This document shows, one piece after another, positions 15,989 through 25,097 of a stretch of DNA of 37,210 bases. Location of the stretch: assembly GCA_041563215.1 (NCBI GenBank), contig JBFFNJ010000002.1:1-37210 (forward strand). Reading direction: 5' to 3'. The stretch comes from Candidatus Deferrimicrobia bacterium. Lineage in GTDB: Bacteria > Desulfobacterota > Deferrimicrobia > J040. A program made the translations under genes and the position numbers. Position 1 is the stretch's first letter. Each line of letters begins with the position of its first letter. Under the pieces are notes generated by a model. The model saw nothing but the letters and a program-made list of their open reading frames with translations. It had not been told where the DNA came from and searched no databases.

Positions 15989-17959
15989 CTATTCATACTC
16001 ATATTCGTACAGCGTGTAGCGGGGGAGCAGTTTCTGGGGTATCCCCTCTATGAACCGGGAGGGCTTTGAAAGCACGGACTGCGTCTGCCGGTCGAAGATA
16101 TGAATGGGGGATGAGAAGAACAGGTTCGTCTTCGCCCTCGTTGCGGCCACGTAGAGGAGCCGTCTTTCCTCCTCGAGCTGGTAGGGGTCATCGATGGATT
16201 TGAGGGACGGAATCCTGCCGTCGAGGACCCATATGATGAACACGGTATGCCACTCGAGGCCTTTGGCTGAATGGATGGTGGAGAGGGTGAGGTAATCCGT
16301 TTCTCTATCCGTTCCCGTTACGTCGGAGACGCTCGCCTCTATGGGTTCGAGCGTCACATCGGTCAGGAAGGTTTCGAGTTTCCTGTACCTCTCGGCGATG
16401 ACCTCGAGCTGTTCGAGGTCCTTGAGCCTTTTCGGGTAGTTGTCGAACTTTTTTTCCATGACCGGGCGGTAGAAGTTGTTGATGAGCTGAACCCTCTCCG
16501 TCAGCGGCATGTCGTCCCTTGCGAGGGTGATGAGGAGTTCAGACAGCCGCACAGACTCCTCGCTCCTTCCCCCTTTGGCGAGCTCTTCCGCTACCTGGCG
16601 CATGGACTCGCCGCCCATCAGCCTTCGGGCCAGCGCGGCGGCTTTTTTCTTTCCTATCCCCTCGGCGAGCCTGAATGTCCGAAGGGAGCTTATTTCGTCA
16701 AGGGGGTTTGCGATGATGCGCAGTATGGCCAGCACATCCTTGACGTGGGTCGTTTCCATGAATTTGAAGCCGCCGAATTTCCGGTAGGGGATGTTTCTCT
16801 TCGCGAGCTCGATCTCGAGGTCGAAGGAGAGGAATGATGCCCGGAAGAGGACGGCCATGTCTTTCAGGTCGACCCCCTCTTCGTGGAGCTCCAGTATCTT
16901 GTCGGCAACGAAGAGGGACTGCATTTTTTCGTTCGGCGTGGCGACGAGCCACGGGGGGTCGCCTCCCCTTTTGCTCGTAAAGAGCCTCTTCGGAAACTTT
17001 TCCTCGGCCCTCTCGATGATGACGTTCGTTAAGTCGAGGATGGGCTGGGTGGACCGGTAGTTCTCCTCGAGATACAGGACCCTCGTGTCGGGAAACATGG
17101 AGGGAAAGTCCATGATGTTCCTGAAATCTGCACCACGGAAGGAATATATGCTCTGGGAGTCGTCTCCCACGGCCATGATGTTCCTGTGTTTTTCCGCCAG
17201 CAGGCAGGATATCTCTGCCTGGAGACGGTTTGTGTCCTGGAACTCGTCGATCATGATGTACCGGTACCGGTTCGAAAGTGCTTCCCTCACCTCCGGGTGG
17301 TCGGAAAGAAGCTTGACCAGGTTCACCAGAAGGTCGTCGTAGTCCATGAGGTTCTTGTCCCGTTTCATCTCCGCGTAGTGGATGGCGATCTTTTCGATGT
17401 CGCCGGTTACATAGGAAAAGTGGGTGAAATCGGACAGGATCACGTCTTCGATGGCTGTGGTCTTGTTGATCGATTTGCTGATAATTTCCCCCACCGTTTC
17501 CTTCCGGGGAAACCTGACCATCCTGCCCGCGTATCCCAGTTCCTCCCTCACCAGTCCCACGAGGTCGAAGGCGTCGCTCCGATCGAGGATGGTAAAGGTG
17601 TTCGTGTAATCGGTCAGGTGTGCATACTGCCTCAGGATGGTGTTTGCAAAGGAGTGGTACGTTCCCCCCGCCACCTTTTCACACCGTGCGTCGGTCATGA
17701 GGGCAGCCCTTCTCAGCATTTCCTCCGCAGCTTTTCTCGTGAAGGTGAGCAGAAGTATCGATTCGGGGTCGATGCCGTAGGATATCAGGCAGGCGACCCG
17801 GTAGATGAGTGTCCTCGTCTTTCCGGATCCCGCGCCGGCTATGACGAGAAGGGGATTTTCCCGGTGAAGAGCCGCCTCCCGCTGGGCCTCGTTCAGGTCC
17901 CTTTCCAGGTTCAGGTCTCTCAGTTTTTCCCCGTCGGGTATGAGCTTGTATTTCCTCAT
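15989..17959 (-). CDS. UvrD/PcrA/Rep-family ATP-dependent DNA helicase (superfamily 1A)
   Basis: 656-aa ORF. Walker A AGAGSGKT, motif II MIDEFQDTN, VGDDSQSIYSFRGA, TIHSAKGLEW and VAATRAK motifs. Confidence 0.9.
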   Translation of the reverse strand: MRKYKLIPDGEKLRDLNLERDLNEAQREAALHRENPLLVIAGAGSGKTRTLIYRVACLISYGIDPESILLLTFTRKAAEEMLRRAALMTDARCEKVAGGTYHSFANTILRQYAHLTDYTNTFTILDRSDAFDLVGLVREELGYAGRMVRFPRKETVGEIISKSINKTTAIEDVILSDFTHFSYVTGDIEKIAIHYAEMKRDKNLMDYDDLLVNLVKLLSDHPEVREALSNRYRYIMIDEFQDTNRLQAEISCLLAEKHRNIMAVGDDSQSIYSFRGADFRNIMDFPSMFPDTRVLYLEENYRSTQPILDLTNVIIERAEEKFPKRLFTSKRGGDPPWLVATPNEKMQSLFVADKILELHEEGVDLKDMAVLFRASFLSFDLEIELAKRNIPYRKFGGFKFMETTHVKDVLAILRIIANPLDEISSLRTFRLAEGIGKKKAAALARRLMGGESMRQVAEELAKGGRSEESVRLSELLITLARDDMPLTERVQLINNFYRPVMEKKFDNYPKRLKDLEQLEVIAERYRKLETFLTDVTLEPIEASVSDVTGTDRETDYLTLSTIHSAKGLEWHTVFIIWVLDGRIPSLKSIDDPYQLEEERRLLYVAATRAKTNLFFSSPIHIFDRQTQSVLSKPSRFIEGIPQKLLPRYTLYEYEYE

Positions 17960-17975
17960 GAATCGTTTGACTCCC

Positions 17976-18764
17976 TCACGATGCGTAGCAGTAGAGGCAG
18001 GCGTGCCGGCAGCTCCCGTAAGTACCTATGTCCCTGCTGCCGGTGCACCCGCATCCGGGTCTGGTGGGGTTCTCCTTCATCCCTCCCCGGACGCTGCCCG
18101 GCCCCAGGAGGTACTCCCCGTCGATGCAGGCGCCTTTTTCGAACCCCGCCTCTTCGAGTGCCGTGCTTGCGCACGACAGCATGGGGAGGCCGTATTCTCT
18201 TCCGGCGGAGATAAGCTTTCTCAACGGACCGGCATCATGTCCCCCTTTTTCCGGGAAATCGTGGGCTCTGAGTCGTCGTGCCGCTTTGACGTAGGGGTGA
18301 AAGGTGGCTACGTAACATCTTGAAACAAAATGAGATATCGAATCCGCTATGCGCCTGAACCGTGCAACGGTCCGTCCCCCCTCCTCGAAAGGCAGCAGCG
18401 GATCGAACCTCCAGAACACCCTGTCTTTCCCCAGCACCTTTGACAGGTCCCGGACGGCCCCGGCGACGGACCGCCAGGGGGGGACTTTTTTTTCCAGGAA
18501 CCCCCCGTATCCGTTGATGGTCACGTGGAAGAAGACCGGCGGCCCCTTCCCGGCAAGCTCTTCGATCTTTCCGAGCGCCGGCGCTGGATTTTTCGTCCAG
18601 AAAACGAAGCAGGCCACGTCTTCGGGAAGGAGCGACACGGTGTAGGGTCTTCCCGAAAAGGGGTTTTTCACGGAGACGGAACCCCCTTCGAGGCTTCGGG
18701 CAAACCACTCCCAGTGAAATGCCGGAATATCGGTTCTCCTGCTGACGCTGATGATTTCTCCCAT
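17976..18764 (-). CDS. DUF1848 family protein with C-terminal Cys cluster including CX3CX2C
   Basis: The track ORF 17976-18920 is trimmed to ATG 18764 (MGEIISVSRRTDIPAFHWEWF..., the typical DUF1848 N-terminus). The C-terminus reads PGCGCTGSRDIGTYGSCRHACLYCYAS. The stop lies 16 nt upstream of the helicase start. Confidence 0.8.
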   Translation of the reverse strand: MGEIISVSRRTDIPAFHWEWFARSLEGGSVSVKNPFSGRPYTVSLLPEDVACFVFWTKNPAPALGKIEELAGKGPPVFFHVTINGYGGFLEKKVPPWRSVAGAVRDLSKVLGKDRVFWRFDPLLPFEEGGRTVARFRRIADSISHFVSRCYVATFHPYVKAARRLRAHDFPEKGGHDAGPLRKLISAGREYGLPMLSCASTALEEAGFEKGACIDGEYLLGPGSVRGGMKENPTRPGCGCTGSRDIGTYGSCRHACLYCYAS

Positions 18765-18789
18765 TGTACGAAAGGGCCCGGTGGAAAGG

Positions 18790-18951
18790 CTATCGCTTCG
18801 ATATTGGCCTGCCGCAGTGGGTACAGTACGGGGATTTTGCGTCGACATACCGGGTGCAGTGGTGGCACTGGATGGTGGGGTCTTCAACCATCTCCTCCTT
18901 GTCCTCATCCCACGTTTCATCGTCGTAGTATTTCCAGTCGTCCCGGGACAT
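18790..18951 (-). CDS. Small zinc-ribbon protein (53 aa), not in the ORF track
   Basis: ATG 18951-18949 with AGGGGG 6 nt upstream. Translation: MSRDDWKYYDDETWDEDKEEMVEDPTIQCHHCTRYVDAKSPYCTHCGRPISKR, stop TAG at 18792-18790. It has an acidic N-terminal half and CxxC-x11-CxxC. It ends 25 nt upstream of the DUF1848 start. Confidence 0.5.
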   Translation of the reverse strand: MSRDDWKYYDDETWDEDKEEMVEDPTIQCHHCTRYVDAKSPYCTHCGRPISKR

Positions 18952-19051
18952 GAAAAACCCCCTTTATCGTTTATTTCTCATTTTCATGTGTAATAGCTTT
19001 TGTCTGATCCACCTCTGTCGTGCCCTTTCCCTTTCCTGTTCAACTGTGTCT

Positions 19052-19057
19052 ATTATA
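19052..19057 (-). promoter_or_regulatory. Possible -10 hexamer (TATAAT on the minus strand) for the zinc-ribbon/DUF1848/helicase operon
   Basis: The plus strand reads ATTATA at 19052-19057, about 100 nt upstream of ATG 18951. No convincing -35 element. Confidence 0.25.
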
Positions 19058-19097
19058 GTGCAAATTTGGAGAAGAGATGGAGTTGATTGGCGGTGTT

Positions 19098-20162
19098 TCA
19101 CCTGCCCGGTTTTCCCATAATATCCTCCAGGTTTTTCAGGAGGATATCGATCTCCTCGTCGGTTCCCACGGTGATCCGGAGGCAGTCGAAGAGGCGCTCC
19201 GTGTTGAAGTAGCGCACCAGGATTCTTTTCTTTTTCAGGTCTCTGTAGAGCCCGTTCAGCCCGACGCCCTTTATCCTGGCGAGCACGAAGTTGGCCGCCG
19301 AGGGAAAGACGGAGAAACCGAGTTTTTCAAGGGATGCCGTGAGCCTCTCTCTCGTCCGGACGATTTTTTTCGCGTTTCTTCTCATCCACGGCATGTGGCC
19401 GAGTGCCGCGCACCCCGCGGCGAGGGAGATCCTGTTGACGTTATAGGAGTCTTTGACCTTCCTCATCTCGTCGGTGATCCAGGCAGGCGCAAAGGAAAGG
19501 CCGAGCCGGATTCCTGCCAAGGAGAATGACTTGGAAAAGCTGCGCAGGACAACCACGTTGTCACATGCACCTACCAGGCTAAGGGCGGTGTCTTCGGCGA
19601 AGTCGACGTAGGCCTCGTCGACGACCACGATCCCCCGGAACTTTCTGGCCACCTTCCTGATCGTAGCGGTGGGCGTGAAGGTGCCGGAGGGCGAGTTCGG
19701 GTTTGCCAGAAAGAGTATCTTCCCCGGGACCGAGGAGATATCTTCCGGGAGTGCATAGTCATCGGGAAATGGGACCGTCACCGGCTCTGCTCCCTGAATG
19801 TGAACGAGGGTCTCATAGAGGGTGTAGGTGGGGTGGGGGTAGACGACCCCGTCTCCCTCTCCGGCAAAGACCCGGGTCAGAATGGCGAGGAGCTCGTCCG
19901 ATCCGTTTCCGCCCAGGATGCAGTTTTCCGGCACGTTGTATACCCGGGAGGCTCTCCGTATGAGGGGAGCCATGTCGGGGTCGGGATAGAGCCTCAAATC
20001 CTTGAGCCCGGCATTTTGGATCGCCTCCAGCACTTTCGGAGAGGGCGGGTAGGGGTTTTCGTTCGTGTTCAGCTTGATGTATCTCAACGTGCCCGGCTGC
20101 TCCCCGGGAACGTACCCGGACATTTTTCTCACGTTTTTTCTCACCAGCTGTTTTTTCTTCAT
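19098..20162 (-). CDS. hisC: Histidinol-phosphate aminotransferase
   Basis: KLNTNENPYPPSP, the YPDP block and SFSKSFSLAGIRLG (PLP lysine). I prefer ATG 20162 (MKKKQLVRKNV...), which forms an ATGA overlap with the upstream aminotransferase stop. The track start is 20195. Confidence 0.88.
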   Translation of the reverse strand: MKKKQLVRKNVRKMSGYVPGEQPGTLRYIKLNTNENPYPPSPKVLEAIQNAGLKDLRLYPDPDMAPLIRRASRVYNVPENCILGGNGSDELLAILTRVFAGEGDGVVYPHPTYTLYETLVHIQGAEPVTVPFPDDYALPEDISSVPGKILFLANPNSPSGTFTPTATIRKVARKFRGIVVVDEAYVDFAEDTALSLVGACDNVVVLRSFSKSFSLAGIRLGLSFAPAWITDEMRKVKDSYNVNRISLAAGCAALGHMPWMRRNAKKIVRTRERLTASLEKLGFSVFPSAANFVLARIKGVGLNGLYRDLKKKRILVRYFNTERLFDCLRITVGTDEEIDILLKNLEDIMGKPGR

Positions 20163-21355
20163 GGGCTCACAACCTTTGACAGGAAACTTCTCCATGCCTC
20201 CGAAGAGCGCTTGACGGTTTCTAAAGAGGTGCAGTAGGCGACCCTGAAGTGCCCCGGGCAGCCGAACCCGCTGCCGGGGACGATGAGAATCCTGTACTCC
20301 CTCGCCGTGTCGATGAAGGCGGCTTCGGTCACCCCTGCGGGAATTTTCGGGAAAAAGTAAAAGCCCCCCTCGGGAAGGAGAAAATCAATCCCCCTGTCGG
20401 TGAATATTTCCGCCAAGACCTCCCTGTTTGCGCGGTACACGGAAAGGTCCGGCCTGGCGCTTTCGATGGCTCCCGAAACCCTCTGCATCAGGGCCGGCGC
20501 ATTGACGAATCCCAGGGTCCGGTTTGCAAACACCATGGCTTCGAAAATTTCATCGGCCAGGGTAGCGTCGGGTGATATGGCCGCGTAGCCGATTCTCTCC
20601 CCGGGGATGTTCAGATCCTTCGAGTGGGAGTAGACGACGACGGAATTGCGAATGTGGGCCGCCGGGGGGATGAAGGGCGCCTCCCCGAACACCACCTCCC
20701 GGTAGGGCTCGTCTGAAATTGCGTAAACGGCCCTGCCCGTTCTCTTTTCATGATTCTCCAGGATTTTTCCCATTCTTTCGAGCGTGTCTTTCCGGTATAC
20801 CCTTCCCGTGGGGTTATTTGGCGTGTTGAGGATGACCGCCTTCACCTCTTGGGACAGGCTCCTCTCGAGGCTGTCAGGGTCTGGCTCGAAGTCCTTCCCC
20901 GTTTCGAGGACGACGGGAAGGCCGGCGAAGTTTTCCACGTAGAAGAGGTATTCCACGAAGTAGGGTGAGAAACAGATAACTTTTTCTCCGGGGTTCAGGA
21001 GCGCCTTTAAAACCACGTTCAGTCCACCCGCCGCGCCGGCGGTCATCAGGACGTTTTTTCCCTCGAACTTCCTTCCCGTCAGCTCCGTGAGTTCTCTCGC
21101 CTTTTTTTCCCTCACGCCGGGATAGCCTGCGTTTTCCATGTAGGCGTGCATGCCGGGCTCGGGTCTGGAGAGGATTTCTATCAGTGTGCTGTAGAATGCG
21201 GGCGGCGGGTCTCCGAAGGGGTTGCCGATGGAAAAATCGAAGACGTTCTCATCGCCGAACTCCCTCTTCAACTTCGCTCCCTCCTCGAACATTTTCCGTA
21301 TCCAGGAACTTCTTGTCAGGGCCTCCTTTATCGTCTTCGCGTACAATTGCGTCAC
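20159..21355 (-). CDS. Class I/II pyridoxal-phosphate-dependent aminotransferase (Asp/Ala aminotransferase-like)
   Basis: 398-aa ORF with a GTG start. FSIGNP, NTPNNPTG, SDEPY and SHSKDLNIPGERIGY blocks. Confidence 0.85.
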   Translation of the reverse strand: MTQLYAKTIKEALTRSSWIRKMFEEGAKLKREFGDENVFDFSIGNPFGDPPPAFYSTLIEILSRPEPGMHAYMENAGYPGVREKKARELTELTGRKFEGKNVLMTAGAAGGLNVVLKALLNPGEKVICFSPYFVEYLFYVENFAGLPVVLETGKDFEPDPDSLERSLSQEVKAVILNTPNNPTGRVYRKDTLERMGKILENHEKRTGRAVYAISDEPYREVVFGEAPFIPPAAHIRNSVVVYSHSKDLNIPGERIGYAAISPDATLADEIFEAMVFANRTLGFVNAPALMQRVSGAIESARPDLSVYRANREVLAEIFTDRGIDFLLPEGGFYFFPKIPAGVTEAAFIDTAREYRILIVPGSGFGCPGHFRVAYCTSLETVKRSSEAWRSFLSKVVSP

Positions 21356-21477
21356 CTCTTATCGTTTGCCTTTATCGTTTTTCTCAATGGATTTCCCCTG
21401 TTTTTTCTTGCCCCGCTCTTGCCTCTGTAGCTGCTTCTGCACTCTCTTTTCCTCTCCGGCGCTCTTCCATCTTTACG

Positions 21478-23202
21478 TCAGGGCCGCCGGCTTTTCAAAA
21501 AATCGATGAGACGATCCGCCTCCCAGGTGTTTACCACGTCTGCCGATTCCAGCCAGCCTCTCCGGGCCACGCCGATTCCAAAGTGAAGGTTGTCAAGATC
21601 GTCGATGTGATGCATATCTGTTGCTATGGCCACCTTCACCCCGCTTGCCTTTGCCATCCTGCAGGTCCTGTCATCTATGTCCAGTCTTTTCGGATGAGCG
21701 TTCAGCTCCAGGATCACATCGTGTCTCGCCGCGGCCTCGATGATCTTTTCAACATCCACCTCGTATCCCGCCCTCTCCCCGATAAGCCTTCCCGTCAGGT
21801 GCCCGATCATATCTACAACCCCCGTCTGCATGGCTGCCAGAATCCTCTCGGTGGCCCTCTGCCGGGACTGGGAAAGACCGGAGTGAATGGACCCCGTGAC
21901 GAAGTCGAGTTCCCGAAGGGTAGAGTATTTCAAATCTAACGTCCCGTCTTTTAAGATGTCAACTTCAACTCCGGAAAAAATCGTGACTCCCTTCTGCCTG
22001 CTGTTGATTTTTTCGATTATTTCCTTCTGCCGCAACAGTTCGTTTTCATCGAGCCCTCCGGCTATCCGCAGGGACTTTGAGTGGTCCGTGACGCAGAAAT
22101 AACGAAACCCTCTCTCCTCCATGAGCCGTGCTATTTCGTCGAGGGTGTGGAAGCCGTCGCTCCAGTCACTGTGGAGGTGCATCTCCCCCTGTATCATCTC
22201 TTCCGTAACGAGGCGGGGGAGTTTTCCCTCGATCGCCGCTTCCACCTCGCCCGAGTCCTCCCGTATCTCCGGCGGTATGAAGTCCATTCCCAGCTGCCGG
22301 TAGATCTCCTCTTCTGTTTTCGAGGCGACCGTCGTTTCGTCCTTCTCCCTGAACAGGCCATATTCGGACAGCTTCAGTCCTTTTTTCCTGGCTATTTGCC
22401 GCAGCCTCACGTTGTGGGCTTTTGAACCGGTGAAGTAGGCCAGGGCGCTGCCGAAGGCCTCCCGGGTGACCACCCGCATGTCGGCCTGCACCGTGTTCAG
22501 TATGGTGACGCTCCCTTTCGTATCCCCTGCTGCGAGGATCTCGGACACCTGGGGAAGCTTGGTGAAAAGATCTACCAGCTCCCGTTTTGATTCAGAGATG
22601 GCCAGTATGTCGATGTCCCCGATGGTTTCCCTCATCCTCCTTATCGAGCCGGCGGTTACCACGGATTCAGCAAGGCCCGATTCACGGACTTGCCGGGTCA
22701 GGGTATCGGCGAGCACATATGCTTCCCCCAGGGGGATCCTTTGCCGGGAGTGCTCGTAGAACTCGATGCCCCGTAGGATGTTTTCCACGGTTTTTGCCCG
22801 TATCCCGGGCAGCTTGAGGAGCGTCCCGTCACGGATTGCTTCCTTGAGCTTTTCGAAGCTGTCAATTCCGAGTTTTCTGAAAAAGAGGGAGACCTTCTTG
22901 GGTCCCAGCCCCGGGATCTTTTTCAGCTGGAGCAGTTCGCCGGGGACCGTTTTGCGGAGCTCCTCGAGAAGGGGGATTTCCCCCCTTGTGCGTAACTCCC
23001 CTATCTTCCCGGCGATGTCCTTGCCCACGCCCGGGATCTTTGTCAGTTCCCTCTCCGTGTAATTTTCCACCGACTCGGGATGAGCCATCAGGGACTCTGC
23101 CGCCCTGCGGTAGGCTCGTATCCGGAAAGGATTTTCGTCCTGGAGCTCGAGGTAGTCGGCGATCAAGTTCAGCTTCTCGGCAATTTCCCTGTTATCTGCC
23201 AT
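21478..23202 (-). CDS. polX: Family X DNA polymerase with C-terminal PHP 3'-5' exonuclease/phosphoesterase domain (PolX)
   Basis: 574-aa ORF. N-terminal NREIAEKLNLIADYLELQDENPFRIRAYRRAA (8-kDa/HhH domain), GSIRRMRETIGDIDIL (pol beta catalytic Asp motif) and PHP His motifs (MHLHSDWSDG). Confidence 0.9.
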   Translation of the reverse strand: MADNREIAEKLNLIADYLELQDENPFRIRAYRRAAESLMAHPESVENYTERELTKIPGVGKDIAGKIGELRTRGEIPLLEELRKTVPGELLQLKKIPGLGPKKVSLFFRKLGIDSFEKLKEAIRDGTLLKLPGIRAKTVENILRGIEFYEHSRQRIPLGEAYVLADTLTRQVRESGLAESVVTAGSIRRMRETIGDIDILAISESKRELVDLFTKLPQVSEILAAGDTKGSVTILNTVQADMRVVTREAFGSALAYFTGSKAHNVRLRQIARKKGLKLSEYGLFREKDETTVASKTEEEIYRQLGMDFIPPEIREDSGEVEAAIEGKLPRLVTEEMIQGEMHLHSDWSDGFHTLDEIARLMEERGFRYFCVTDHSKSLRIAGGLDENELLRQKEIIEKINSRQKGVTIFSGVEVDILKDGTLDLKYSTLRELDFVTGSIHSGLSQSRQRATERILAAMQTGVVDMIGHLTGRLIGERAGYEVDVEKIIEAAARHDVILELNAHPKRLDIDDRTCRMAKASGVKVAIATDMHHIDDLDNLHFGIGVARRGWLESADVVNTWEADRLIDFLKSRRP

Positions 23203-23321
23203 GGGGGTTCATCTTTCGAGCGTTGCGGCCTCAATTGCATGTGTCAAAGAGACTATAGGATGTATAATAGTGTAATTCGAGACGAAGGGGGACAGAAAAA
23301 AGGATGCCGGGGAGACAGGCG

Positions 23322-23948
23322 ATGTTCCGCATGGCCGCAAGCTTGGCTGTGGTGTTCGCGTGCTTTATGCTCATTTTATCCTGCTCGCAGACGAGGGCGC
23401 GTTACGTTGCCATACAATACGGGGCTTATGGTCGGCAGCAGAAGGCTGAAGGCGCGTATGCCGGGCTCACGGTGAACGACTTCTCAGACGTAAGACAGGA
23501 CAGGGACGGAATCGGTGTTGATTACACGAATGCAGCGGATATTTTCCCCACCGAGCCGGTGGGAAAAAGCGTGGCGCAGGTCATCGGGAGCGTACTTACG
23601 GAAAAGGGCTTTGAGGTTACCCGGATAAGCAGGCAGGGGAGCCCTGAAGGCTACAGCTCGGAATACGAGGCAGGGTATCACCTGACGGGGACGATAGAGG
23701 AGCTGACGATCACGGTGAAGGGAAAGGGGCTGCTGGCCCACTTCGATTCCCGGGGGGTAATACAATTTTCCCTCTTCAGCGGAGAGGGGATGATGGTGTG
23801 GTCGGGGAAAATGCAAGCCGAGCTTTCGACCTCCTCACCCTTCGTCACGGAAAAGGCCATAGAAAAATCGATCAACGAATGCGTGGTGCTTCTCGGGGAG
23901 GCCCTTGCAAAGGATGAAAAATTCCTCACAATTACCGCCCAGAGATAA
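23322..23948 (+). CDS. Uncharacterised lipoprotein
   Basis: MFRMAASLAVVFACFMLILSC has an I-L-S-C lipobox. GGGGAG lies 7 nt upstream of ATG 23322 (track start 23304). I recognised no family. Confidence 0.6.
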   Translation: MFRMAASLAVVFACFMLILSCSQTRARYVAIQYGAYGRQQKAEGAYAGLTVNDFSDVRQDRDGIGVDYTNAADIFPTEPVGKSVAQVIGSVLTEKGFEVTRISRQGSPEGYSSEYEAGYHLTGTIEELTITVKGKGLLAHFDSRGVIQFSLFSGEGMMVWSGKMQAELSTSSPFVTEKAIEKSINECVVLLGEALAKDEKFLTITAQR

Positions 23949-24095
23949 CGGGTGAGACAGGGGAAAGATTCGCCCCAACCTTTCCCGGCGTGCCGACCGA
24001 TATGATAGAGGTAAGGGAGGATTGCGGGAAGGACTTTTCCATGGGGGCGTGGTTGGGCACGAAACCATGGTTGTGGAAGCGGGGGCGTTGAGATA

Positions 24096-25097
24096 ATGGA
24101 ATTCCGGGTAATAAGCTCCCTCAGCGAGGCCTGGGATATCGTGGACTGGCTGAACGATCTGTCTTACGAGCCGTCCCCGTTTCTCACCTCGCGGTACCTC
24201 CGGGCGTGGGATACCTGTTTCTCGGCCACCATGGAGAAGCTGGTCATCGCGGGGGTGCAGGGGGAGAAGGTACGGGGTGCAGGTGTCTTTTACCTCCGGG
24301 AAAAACCCTCCACATACTTTCTGATCGGCGGCAAGTCTCTCTCCGACAGGCTCGGATTCGTGATCGAGCGGGGTTTTGAGCAAAAGTTCATCGAGGGGTT
24401 CTTTGCCTACATCCCCGGGATGGAGAGCATGCGGGGTTCCCGCTTCGTGATCAACAACGTAAACGGTGGCACTCCCCAGCAGGAGGTGCTGGAGGATATG
24501 CAGGGAAAAACCGCCGGCCTGAAAATGGCCACCGTCGATTCATCCCCCTACATCGAACTCCCCGCCGATTTCGATGCCTACCTCATGTCCCTCTCGGGGA
24601 AGCAGCGGCACGAGCTCAGGAGGAAGATCAAGCGGGCATCGGAGGGCCTGGGCGGAATACGTGTCGATGTTGTCGATGGGCAGGACACGTCGAGGCTATC
24701 GCTGGCGATGGAGGAGTTCGTGAGGCTCCACAGCTCCTCGAATACGGGGAAACAAAACTTCTGGAAAGGGAGCAGGAGGAAATTTTTCGATGCCATAGCC
24801 GGGGAGTTCGGCGAGGCAGGCTGGCTGAAAATTCTTTTCCTGCTCAACGGGCCCCGTGATGAGCGGGTTGCAGCGCTGATGATCTTCGACTACGGGGGTG
24901 ACTACCTGCTCTACAACTCCGGGTTTGACCCGGCCCACAGGAGGTCTTCGCCGGGTATCGTGCTGATAGCAGAAGCAATAAAGCGGGCAATCGACGAGGG
25001 CAGGAAGAGGTTCGATTTTTTACGGGGAGAGGAGCGGTACAAGTACGAGCTGGGTTCGAGGAACCGGGCCGTTTACCGCGTGGAGTTCGATGTATGA
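24096..25097 (+). CDS. CelD/BcsL-like (Acetyltransf_6, FemAB-fold GNAT) acyltransferase
   Basis: 333-aa ORF. LSGKQRHELRRKIKRA, FVRLHSSS and the C-terminal GDYLLYNSGFDPAHRRSSPGIVLIAEAIKRAIDEGRKRFDFLRGEERYKYELG are typical of this family. Confidence 0.75.
   Translation: MEFRVISSLSEAWDIVDWLNDLSYEPSPFLTSRYLRAWDTCFSATMEKLVIAGVQGEKVRGAGVFYLREKPSTYFLIGGKSLSDRLGFVIERGFEQKFIEGFFAYIPGMESMRGSRFVINNVNGGTPQQEVLEDMQGKTAGLKMATVDSSPYIELPADFDAYLMSLSGKQRHELRRKIKRASEGLGGIRVDVVDGQDTSRLSLAMEEFVRLHSSSNTGKQNFWKGSRRKFFDAIAGEFGEAGWLKILFLLNGPRDERVAALMIFDYGGDYLLYNSGFDPAHRRSSPGIVLIAEAIKRAIDEGRKRFDFLRGEERYKYELGSRNRAVYRVEFDV

Noticed and set aside
21356-21477. A 29-codon minus-strand ORF (MEERRRGKESAEAATEARAGQEKTGEIH) between PolX and the aminotransferase.
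   Set aside because: It is very short and low-complexity, with no SD or Cys/structural motif. It is most likely non-coding spacer.
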